DNA of 64,000 bases from Candidatus Altimarinota bacterium. GTDB lineage: Bacteria; Patescibacteriota; Gracilibacteria; 1-14-2-50-48-13. The DNA is taken from the NCBI GenBank assembly GCA_046314355.1, contig JBKBWQ010000001.1, forward strand, positions 1,504,001 through 1,568,000, given 5' to 3'. The notes beneath the pieces were generated by a model. The model saw only the letters and a list, made by a program, of their open reading frames with translations. It was not told where the DNA came from and did no database searches. The position numbers were made by a program, and so were the translations under genes. Within the stretch, counting starts at the first letter, position 1. The number at the start of each line of letters is the position of its first letter. Positions 38,649 through 50,700 of the stretch are shown here, in pieces.

Positions 38649-38695
38649 AGGGCGTGGTCATTGAACTCAATTATTGAGTCCAATTAACGCGCCCT
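38649..38695. terminator. Imperfect hairpin between convergent protease and giant adhesin genes
   Basis: AGGGCG...ATTGAACTCAAT-T-ATTGAGTCCAAT...CGCCCT; no clear T tract. Confidence 0.4.
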
Positions 38696-38713
38696 AATTA
38701 CTGAATTATTTCC

Positions 38714-41700
38714 CTACTTCTTCATAAACTCATCAAGCTTCGTAGTCATCACATTGATAATAATATTCTCAATCTCTGTACCACGTGCTTTTCTCTCCTC
38801 ATCCTGCTTTTTCTCAGCTTCAGTAAGTATTCCTACTTTTACGAGAGCATAGATATTACCTATTCTCTTTGCTTCCTTATAAAGAATATAGTCTGAGAGT
38901 CCTCCTCCGAAGCCGTCTCCATTGAGGTCTCCATTTGCATCCATATAATAAGGGCTGATCGTAATAGTAGTTTCTACCTTGGCTGGAACGACATTGCTAT
39001 TTGTAGTCACAGGGGTGATCACCACATCATATGTTCCCACTGGTAACTTATCCTTTGTTCCATTGGAAGCTGTATCTATGAATGTCTCAAGATCAAGTGT
39101 CGGTGTCTTTGGTATGACTGCTGTATACACAGTTCCATTAGTCTGAGTAAGCGTCACCGTTACTTCAGTGATGCTTGGATCATTCTGCCAAGGAATAGGA
39201 GTTGGATCCTTGTCCAGCGGATCAAAGGCATCATAGGTATTTGATCTTGGGGTAATAGATATTGTACGTGCAAGTGAAGCATTCCCTAAATTATCAGTTG
39301 CAATAATAGTCATCGCATATGTCTCACCTCTTCGGACATCAGCGGCACTGAGTGTCCATGATTTGGTAGTAGTACCGAAGTTTGCGGGACTACTTGTTTT
39401 TGGATATATGATTGTACCAAGAGTAGTGTTTTTTACTTCGATCCGGACCGTATCAATAGGCGTATTCAATGCATCTGCATAGTTCCAGTCCCACTTAAGG
39501 TTTCCTTCTGGAGTCTCGGCAACGCTCGCTGTAGTACTTGGTCCTTCAGTATCTCTAATGATTTGGAGGCTTGCGCTTCTTGCATTTCCAAAGGTATCTT
39601 TGAGCATTACTGAAAGGGTATTCATACCTTCAGAGAGAAGTGGAATGATGGTACTGCTCTGGGCATTTGCGTCTGCGAGAGATGCAGCAGGAGTCTGAGC
39701 ATACAATGCAGCAAGAGGTTTCTGAGTACTATCGGTAAGGATACTGATAGGGAAATGAACGTCACGTCCTTCATTTACTTCTAGCTTCATACCAGAACCT
39801 GATACACGGTCTCGGGTTGCTGTAAGTAATACTGGGTCAGCGGTAGTGGTATTATCAATCTTTTGAGAAAGATATACTACATTTTTCATATCTTTAACCG
39901 TAAGTTTTGCCTCCGGTTTGATAGAGTCTAGAGTCAGTACTACTGCTGCAGATGATGTCGTCTGGCCGAGCTCATCGGTTACGCTGAAGATTACATTGTG
40001 GCTGCCCTGCGCAGCTAAAGCGAAGGCAAGAGGAGCATTGCTTACATCTGCGGTACTCCATACTCCGTTTGATACTGACTGACCATCTACTAAGACTTTA
40101 TAGGTAAGACTGCTTGTAGCATCTACGCTGACACTTCCGAAGTTATTTGTTTTGTTTGTTTCTTCCTTACCATCATTGAAATTGATAGAGGTGATCACTG
40201 GTCCACTGTTATCATGACGTACCAATATTACTTCGCTGTAGCTATTTCCTGCAATATCTGAGATTTCAATTCTAAAGCTGTTGAGTGCATTCTCTGTGAG
40301 AGCTGCATCCTTCTTTGTAAGACTAAATACCTTGTTTGCTACATTTGTCATTGAGGTTTGAGGAAGGATTTCAGTGCCATCCTTGAGGATTCTGACCATT
40401 GGAGTATTTCCCCATTCATCTTCAACCATAATCACAAATGCTGCCATTGGATTCTTAGTAACGTACTCTTCAGCTACTCCTGATTTCTTCATAAGTAGTG
40501 AATCGTTTGCCACAAAGTTTGTACTTCCAATGTAAGACTTGATCATTGTGGTACCAGTAGGATGTGTAGGTGATACTGTATCCTGTACTGCTGTGAAATC
40601 TTTTTTAGTGGTATTTCCTGCTGCATCCACGAATTCAACGGAATAGCTCTGTGTGGTATTTGGATTAACGAGAGGAATATTTACAAACTGGTCATCAGTA
40701 GGGAGTACTGAGAATGATGTCTGCTTCACTCTATTGACGTAAACATCCACAGGGAAGCTTTGTTCAATATAGCTATTAAACGCATATTTCATTCTGATGG
40801 CTGAAGCGCTTGTATAGAAAGTTCCATTTGTATTTCCAAGTGGGGCATCTCCGACAGTATCAAATCCTACTCGGCTGTCATTGATCTTTGGAGCAATGAT
40901 ATCTTGGTTAAAGATAAGTGAGTTGTTGTATGTCACATTGTTTTGCCCAGCGATAGATACCACTGTTGTGATAGTGTACTGTCCTTTTAAAGGAGAAGTA
41001 AGAACGATACTACCTGTCTTGCCTGTCTGAGTCTTTGTAAATGTAGTAAACCCTGCCGGACCGCTGATGGTAAATGCTGCCTGTGCCTGAGTAAGATCGC
41101 CACTTCCTGAAAGCACATAGTTGAGTGGTACTGTCTCGTTTGATGGCGCTCCAAAGGAAAGGCTGAGTCCATCAGAGATGGTTACTTGAGTATCAGGATT
41201 AATACCATCACGAAGAGTAAATATGTATGGTCCTGTACCTACAAGAGTTACATTGCTGAGGGTAAGAGTTCTATCCTTATTTGTAGCTGAGGTTTCCTTC
41301 TGAATTTCCTGATTGTTGTATCTTATGCTAAGTAAGCTGACATCACTGACCGCGATGGAGAGATCCATCTGCGTGTTATTATTTTTGAAACTATACGTCA
41401 TGTCGTTGATCTTTGGACTCTCAGAATCATATTTGATAGGAATATTATTTACAGGAAGGAGATTCCCCGCAGTATCAGAGAGCGTAATCTTTAATACTGA
41501 AGTGGCGCCTTGTGGGAATTCAGGAACGTCCTGATCCGTAAGTGTCCAAATGCCATCAATCTGCCGATCCTGATCCTTAAAGAGTGATGCTGGAATAGGA
41601 AGAGTCATACTCTTACCGCTATATTCAACGAGCGCAGTTTTAGCCATACCTCCTGCATCTTGCGCTTTGATAAGAAGAGGAAGATTATTTGTACCTGGCA

Positions 41701-44700
41701 GACCTCCAAGTTCCTGTACTATTGCAGTAGTATTCCCAGCTATTGCAGTAGGTGCTGTAGTATCCCACCAGAGACTAGCAGTATATGGCGCACTTATATT
41801 TCCGGCAGCATCTGTAAGTGTAAACTCTACTGTATTTTTGAAATTTGCAGGGAGATCAAATTGTGCAGTGGATCTACCTATTTGAGAGAAGGATTTGGTT
41901 CCAAGAACTGTAGCTCCGCTTTTCACCGTAAGAGTGAGAGGAAGAGAGAGCGCTCGACCTGTATCCACTTCTTCAAGGCTTGTGAAACTTACATTTATCT
42001 GTTTATTCTTGCTGATAGTCCAGTTTATTCCATCAAAGTTTTTTGTATTCAGTGGTGCAAAATCTGGTGTCTCAGTGAATGAAGGTACTTTAGTATCAAA
42101 GGATATTCCATCCATGGTTTGGCTTGATGTATTTCCCACAAGATCTGCTGCTGTAAGTCTTGCTCTATAGATAATCTGCACACCTGCAGCAGTCTTCTTT
42201 GGAAGATTCGTGAAAATAATGCTGACTGGCCAGTTACCGTTTGCATCCTGTTTGAGAGTAAGGACTGTAGGATCTGTCTGTGAGACATCTACCGTTGCAC
42301 TTTCAGTCACTTTTCCTGCAAGAGAGACTGCAGTACCTGTATTTACATCTATGATATTCATATCCATATGATCTATACCGCTGACACCGTAACCTCCAGT
42401 ATCCTTATCCTTTACACCTGGGATTGCAATGTCTACAAAGTGATTTGGATTAGGGAGATCCTGAATATTTTTGATAGTCATGGATCCTGTAAATTCTGGT
42501 GCACCTGTGTCGTAGATAATATTCACGACTTTAGAAACTGTTGCTCCTGCCACATCTTTAATTATTACTGTTACTGTATTATCTCCGTTTATGAGTGAAG
42601 ACTCAAGCTGGTAGGAATTACTTGAAATGACATGTGCAGTACCTCCGTTGAGAGAGAATGAGTACGTTGCTCCTGCTCCAAGACCACTTCCCGCATCGCT
42701 TGCTGCGACCTCTATGAGCGGACGTACATCATTTGTATACCATTTGTTATTTTTGATTTCAGCTTTTGTTTGTGGCTGAGTAGCTTTAACAGTGACTGTA
42801 TCGATCTGAGGAGGGGTAGTATCAAGATATATAGTGAATGTATTGGATTCAGCTGTATTCCCAAGCTCATCAGTGACTCGTACTTTCATACTATTATTTC
42901 CCTGATTTTGGACTGTAAACTGGATAGGTGCGTTCATCGGATTTGCCTGACTAAAAGTTCCGCTTCCGATGATAGATGCGCCAAGGAGGACTTCGTATTT
43001 CACAGCACTTGTGGAGGTAACTGAGATAATTCCCGCTACACTTGTGGAACTTGTCTGAATCTTTCCATTATTAACGTTGAGTGCTGTAATCTGAGGTTTA
43101 GCAGTTACCTGACGCACGTTGTATGTGGAGCTTGAAATATTTCCTGCTCTATCTTTTACTTCTACGATGACCTGGGTAGTGCTGTCAGGAGTGAGGGTAA
43201 GGTTTCCTTTTTGATATGTATATGTATCAGTAGTACCTGTTTTAAGTATGGCAGATGCGTTACTTACTAGGTAATTTCCATTAACCTTCACGGAGACAGT
43301 AGGGCTACCCCAATTATCTTGAGCTTCTACTACGATACCTGCGTATGATCCTGATGTGAGGTATTCATTTGCTACAGTACTCTTTTTGAGAAGTATATCG
43401 GGTGTAGGGGAAAACGCGCCTGCGTTACCCTGATACAGTGTAGTAAAGGATTCACCAACTGTACCTGAGACAGGTGCAGTAGTATCTTGTACAACGGTAT
43501 AGGCTAGGTCAGTATTATTTCCTGCTGCATCCTGGAATCGTACTTGATAAGTCTGCTGCGTATTTGGAGTGGAGAGAGCTATATCAAGAGTCTGAGATGC
43601 GGTAGGTAGAGCAGATGCAAAGTTTGCTTTTTCTACTCCGTTTACTAGGACTTTCACTGGGAAACTTTGTTCAACACTTGGCTCAAAAGTATAGTTAAGG
43701 CTAAGTACAGTATCATTGGTCACGTATACAGTACCTGCATCATTTAATCCGAGACTTTTCCCTGCAGTCTTAGCTGTAAGAGTGGTAGTGCCGAGTGTGA
43801 TCGGGATAAGGTCTTCGGTGATACTAATATTCTGTTCATAGGTAGTCTCTTTGCCATCTACAATTACTGTAGCTGTGGCAACATATGTTCCTTTTGGAGG
43901 ACGGTTAAGATTGATAGTTCCAGTGGCAGTGGTAAAGCTTTGGTTGAGAGTAGTGAATGGTATTCCGGCTGGTCCTGTAATCTGAAGATTCACTGTTCTG
44001 CTTGTTCCTGCAGGATTGACCACAAACTGTACTGGAATGATACCACTAGCATTGGCTGCTCCCCGGGTAAGAGAGAATCCGTCCTGTACCATAATAGAAG
44101 TACTTGGATTTAAAGAATCCGAGAGTACAAAGGTATAAGGTGAACTACCTGAGAGTACAATATCCCGTACTGTATATGTTCTTGATGCAGTACTGACAGT
44201 ACCTTCTGAGAACAACACATTTACTCCCGCGAGAAGCTGCGTCTTTGAAGTATCCTGGACAGTAAAGGTAAGGTCTAGTTTTGTTTTATTATCTTTGAAA
44301 GCATAGCTAACGTTTGTAACGACAGGTGATTTCCAGTCTACATTTGTAGCCACTGGACCCGCGACCATAGCATGATTTGAGATGTCATAGAAGGTAACTC
44401 TTAGATCATTCTGAGATCCCTGAGGGAAGTTCGGCAGGTCTGTCTCTGTAAGTACCCAGTTGCCTGAGATAAGTCTGTCAGAGTCTTGGAAGACACTGTC
44501 AGGGAGTGTCAGATCCTTGAGTGTACTACCATATGCTACCGTTACCCGATGAGAGAGCATTCCGCTATCAGATACACGGAGAGCTAGAGTAAGCTCCTTT
44601 GTGGGATTGGCTGCAGAAGGGACTTGTACGACTGCAGATTGTCCCGCAGGAATAGTTGGACCTGTGGTATCTGTATACACATTGATAGTCTTTGTAGTAC

Positions 44701-47700
44701 TGATATTTCCTGCATTATCTACCGCTACAAACGTGACTTCACCTCCATAATTTGCAGGGAAAGTAATCGGCAGTTCCATACTACCTTCTGATGAGACTGT
44801 AGTATTCACCATAAAAGTGCTGACAGTAGAGAGATCTCTTGCTGCTCCTGCATATGCCTTTAGTGATATAGGCATAGTTTTTGTACGTCCTGAATTTGTG
44901 TTCTCCTGAAGGTTTGTGATAATAGATTGTGTAGACTGGTTTAAAATATACCAGCTCTTACCATCCGCAGCACGGAGCGGCATATCTTTGATGGAGACTT
45001 CTCCTACAAAGGTTGGAGCGAGTGTATCAAAAGATGCTGGTGCGGAAAGGATAGGAACAGAAGTGTTACCTAATTTATCTTTGGCACTAAGCTGAAGTGT
45101 ATACGCAGTTTGTTCACCTGAAACTGTTTTATCAAGGTTAGAGAATGTGAGGATGGCAGGGAGTGACCCATTGGTGTCAGGAGCAATGAGAAGTCTCGTA
45201 GAATCTGTCGGATCAAGTGATATGAATCCTGTAGGTACTACTTTCCCCGTAAGACTTACTGCTGCCCCTGTCTTACTGCTGAGGAGTTTGATTTCCACAC
45301 TCTCAAGTCCGACTGTTCCAATGTTTGCAGGAGTATCTGCATCCTTTGCACCAGGTACGTTATATTTGATAGAATTATTTGGATTTTGTAGATCGGATAT
45401 AGTATCGACTGTTATCCCACCAAGCGCAGTCGGAGTATACGTATCTAAGATAATAGTAATCTGACTTGATACGGTGTTTCCTGCAAAGTCTGCTGTAAAA
45501 AATAACAGATCATTTGTTCCTGCAGATAGAGTTGGAAGAGTCATATTGTCTGTATATGCAGTGATTACTCCACCATTGAGCTGAATCTTACTCTTAGATG
45601 TATCAATATTTGAACCTCCTGCATCAGCCATAATTACTTTTAATGCTGGTGTTGGCGAGCTTGTGTACCACTTATTATTTTGTAGCAGTACTTTTTTATT
45701 TGCAGGTGCTGTCAGTACCATACTTGAAACAGTAGGCGCTGTTGTATCGTAAATCACAGTCTGAACTGATGTCTCTGTTCTATGACCAAGTTCATCAATA
45801 ATAACGACTTTGACTGTATGGGTACCAGGTGTTCCTAATGGAATAGATATCGGTGCATTTGTTACACTAGTATTTCCTAATGAACCAGTGGAGACTACGG
45901 CGCCGTCCACGATTACTTCATAGGTAAGAGTGCTTGATCCTGCGGTGCTTACTGTAGCAGTCACAGTTGGAGTGTTGACGGTAGTGTCTCCTCCATTCAC
46001 TGTAAATGATCCAATACTTGGATTTGAAGTATAATGTTTGAGAGAAAAAGGTACAGATTTTACGTTTCCGGCAATATCTGTAATCTCTACCGTATAGTTT
46101 GCGGTTGCATTTACATCAACGGCAATATCTTTCTTTGTGAAAGTAAAGTTTGTCGTGCTGCCTGCGATGGCAGTAAGAGTAGTTGAAGGCACAATGACTG
46201 CTGCACCTTTTTTGATGACTACTTTTGGCGCATTTCCCCAATTGTCCTCAGCATTTACTACAAATGCTGCAAGAGAGGTATCAGACAGATATGCTGATAC
46301 TGCAGAAGAATAAGGGAGGAGTAGAGAGCTGCTTGGTACAAATGTGCCTGAAGTTCCTTCATAGAGTGCTACATTTGATGTCGTTCCAGAGACAGGATTA
46401 GAGGTCTGATTATCCATGATCACAGTATAATTATACGTAATCTTATTTCCTGCGGCGTCACTTATCTCAATGACGTAAGCTACCGGATTATTTGGATTTG
46501 AAAGGGAGAACGAAACTGTCTGAGTACCTGTAGGAATAGAAGCATAAGAGGCTGCCTGGGCACCGTTTACTTTTACTGTGAGAGGGAAACTCTGCTCTGT
46601 ATAAGGGGTAAAACTAAAGCTTGCACTAGCACTTGTGTCATTGGTAAAGTATCTTGAACTTCCATCTTGGTTCATTATTTTTCCTGCATTTGTAGCACTT
46701 AATGTAGGTGCGGCAGTGATCTTTGGTCCAATAAGATCGGCAGTATTAGTGATTGTCCCGGTAAAAGTAGCGGTAGGTTTATTTGGTATAGTGACTACAG
46801 CCTGTACACCATAAGTGCCCTTTGGTGCTTCATTGATAGATATGTTCCCTAACGCGCCTGCAAATGTCTGATTGACCGGAGATCCAAACCCAGCCGGAGG
46901 TGTAACTGTAAATGTTGTTGAGCTTCCCCCTGGAAGATTATTCGGTGCATAGGTGGATGCTACATTCAAGCTAGTCCCAGAAGTGTTAGATCCAAAAGTC
47001 ATTCCATTCTGTACACTAAAGGCTGCTGGAGTATTTATATCATCAGTAATTGTGAAGTTATATGGAAGAGTCCTTCCTGTCAGCGCGATATTTGCAATGC
47101 TCAGCATTCTTGTTATTGCAGAGGCCGTTGCTTCTTTCCCAAGATCAGTAGTCTCAAAGAATGTTCGTAGAGGAGAACGGTCTGTTACATTCAAGTTCAG
47201 ATTTATGACTGAAGGTGTAATGGAGTAGTTACTAAGAGACTCATTAATAGTAGGTGAGGTATGATCGGTCAGGGTGGTAATATTTCCTGAAATTGCTTCA
47301 TTATTTGCCGCATCAAATATTTTCACCTGAAGAGTGTCTGTTCCTTCCTTGAGTTGAGGAATACTTGCGTAGGGAATAGTCCACTGTCCGCTAATAGTTT
47401 TTTTGTCAGCGCTGAGTAGTGCAGCAGGAATTGTAAGATAATAATTGTACCCGTTTGTACTTATCAGCACATTAGTGGTAAGTGCCACATTATCGGTAAA
47501 ATTCATATTTAGTGTCACATCTTTCGTTGCGAGTCCAGGTGTCGTAAGTGCTTGATTGAGTGTATTAATCACTGGAGGAGTTGGATCATGCCAGAATTGT
47601 ATAGTCCGGGTTGATGTATTTCCTCCTGAGTCACTTATGGTAAATGTAAGCGGACCTTTGAAATTACTTCCAGGAAGTGTAAAAGCGTCATCCAGGTATG

Positions 47701-50700
47701 CTTCTTTACTACTATTAGTATAAGCACTGAAATATTCTATGATTGTTGAACCATTTCGTATTACATTTGAAATCTGACCAGACCAGGTATTGCTATTTGT
47801 CGCTTCTAGTGCAGTGAATCCATACCTTGCTGCTGTATCTTTGTAAACTATATAGTTTATGCCATTGAGGAGTATCGGAGAGATCTGTGATGAGACAGGT
47901 GAACCCTGATAAAAAGTAGTTAGAGAAGTGAAATCAGGAGCTAGTGTATCAAATTTTATATCATCGAGAATTTGTGTCGTAGTATTACCAAAAGAATCAT
48001 ATACGGTAAGTTCGGCACGGTAGGTAATCTGAGCACCAGCGAGAGTTGCTCTCGGCAGTATACCTTCAGTTATTCCTTGAGAGTAACCCCCAGCATTTCG
48101 ATCATGGTTAAACATCAAACCTATTTGTTCCATGTCTCCATTGGCATCCTTTACGAGAGTGATTTCATTTCCAGATCTATGAGTGCCTGAGTTCCCGGCT
48201 AGGTTTGATATTTGCACCAGAAGAGGCTCCTGTATGTTTCCTTCAGTCTTATTGATTACTTTGAAAACCATTTTACTGATATTTGATCCTGTTGGAAGTA
48301 TCAGAGGAGCATAGTTAAGATCCCCCCACATTTTATTTCCTTCAAGAAGCGGCATTCTTAGTGTGCCTGTAAGTACAGGACCTGCCGTTGAAACTGAAAT
48401 AGATTTAGATGCTGTAGAAATATTCCCTGCATTATCCGTAACCGTAAGAGTGATCGTATGTGCGCCGTCTGAAAGAGTAGGAAGTATGACCTCAGATCCT
48501 GTGATATTTACAGGAGTACCTGTATCAATTTTCATAGTCTGAGATGCGATTCCTGAGATTGTGTCTGCAGTAGTGAACTGCATCTTTGGAGTTTTATCAT
48601 TTGTATACCATACTCCTCCTGACTGAGAAATAGTCTTTCCTGCCGTAGTGGTAATAAAATTATCGATAGATGCTGTAGGCAGCACTGTATCTACATTTAG
48701 TGTATATGTATTCGTGATGCTAGGAGTACCAAGTACATCTTGAGCCTTTGCGCAAATACTTGTAGGTTGGCTGAAAGTGAGGGTATTTGAAGGACTTCCG
48801 CTGCTTGTGTATGTATAAGTTGAAGTGGGAGTACAGCTTACTGCACCTGCTGAGACATTTTGATAAGTGGCAGCTGTGAAACATCCTGGAGTATTATCTG
48901 TACAGCTTAAGATTACTTGAACAGGTGTTTTTGTCCAAGCACTGTTTGGCATGGCGGATGGCACACCATTGATGCTCCATCCAAAGACAGGAGGCTGATC
49001 ATCTAGATATAGTTTCCTCGTTTCAGAGGCAGAATTTCCTGCTATATCTTTTACTGAAATTGTAATGGTATTTATACCGGGACTAAGCTGGCTTCGCTGA
49101 ATTCTAAATATAGACGGGAGAGATGATGTCACCGTACCGTTTACATTAACAGTGTAGGTATTAGAGTTGATACCGCTTCCACCAGCATTATCAGAGGAAT
49201 TTGTAAGAATATCTACTCCTGATGTGGTCATAGACATGGTGGTAGGGGTTCCGTTATCGTTTACGCTAATGGTATTTAACGGATATCCAGTAGTGATATT
49301 ATTGAGAGACTGTATCCCAACTGTTGGTGCAACTGTATCAGATAAAATAGTCGCTACAGTGCTCATCGCTATATCGCTAGAAACTGCAGATGAAGGGAGT
49401 GAAATACTTGTGACAAGTGCATTAGTAGAAGTACTATAAACGTCAATAAATCCAGTTCTCATAACATAGAGCTGATTTCCATCGCTTGTAACTTGTGCAG
49501 ATTTAGCATCACTTGCAATAGAGATATTTCCTACGTTGCTGTTAGAAAGAGTATCTATGATATAAACTTTATCTGTAGATTCACTTACTACATATACTCT
49601 GCTGCCATCAGGAGAAATAGAAAGACTATTATTTGTAGTATTACCTGAAAGTCCAGGTACAGAAATAGTCGTAATTACTTTTGTCTCAGTATTTACTTTC
49701 AAAAGACTAGTTGAATTTGCTACATATGCATACAGTCCATCAGGACTTGAAACAATACCATACGGCAAACTTGTGACAGGAATTGTACTCTGGTAATTAC
49801 CCGGATCTAAGTAGACTATCTCTGTACCGGTTGTTGCAAATAGCCAACGGGCACTATTGAATAACTTAATCGGACCATTTGTTAAGGGATACGATCTAAT
49901 GATTGATCCGTCATTTACATTCAATTCATATATTTTTTTGTCACCGTTACTTGCTGCAAAAACTCTATTTCCTCGAAATATCACATCATTGATCCAGGTA
50001 CTGCCCATATCGGTGGTATGAGCAATTTGGCGTGAGATCGTGTTAATTGCAGGAATTTTATGTGTAGTAAGCCCTGATGCAAATACCTTACTGCCATCTG
50101 GATGTACTGTGATATCCATCGGGTACTCTGTGTTAGATACTGAATAGAGGAGACTATTATTTGTTGTATCTATGACATTGACTGTATTTGAACCATAACT
50201 TGCAACATAAGCGAGCACTCCGCTCACACTTTGTATGACAAGAATACCGGCAGTACTTGTAACTGTACCAGATCCATTACTAATACTCACCTTATATTTA
50301 TTTCCGGAGCCACTTGCGGTTATAGCAGGCGTAGTGTAACTTGCGGCTGTAGCACCCGGTATGGCGGCGCCGAATTTATCAAACCACTGATACGTAAGAT
50401 TGCTTCCGTAAGCTCCGACAGTGAATGTAGCAGTTTGACCTATAGATACAGAAACATGCGAAGGCTGCTTAAAAATAACTGGTGCATCAGTAGCAGCTGC
50501 AGAATCTACGATATTTACCCTTGAGGTTCCTTGTGTACACTGTGTGCCATTACATGCCTTGAAGGTAAGAACTTTGGTAGTTGCAAAATTTGTAAAATAA
50601 TTATCGTAGTATATAAATGGTGCACAAGGTGTAACTGTAGGTGTACCAGTATTTACTGTGACGGAACAGGTACTGCCAGCATCATAGTTGGAAAGGTTCC

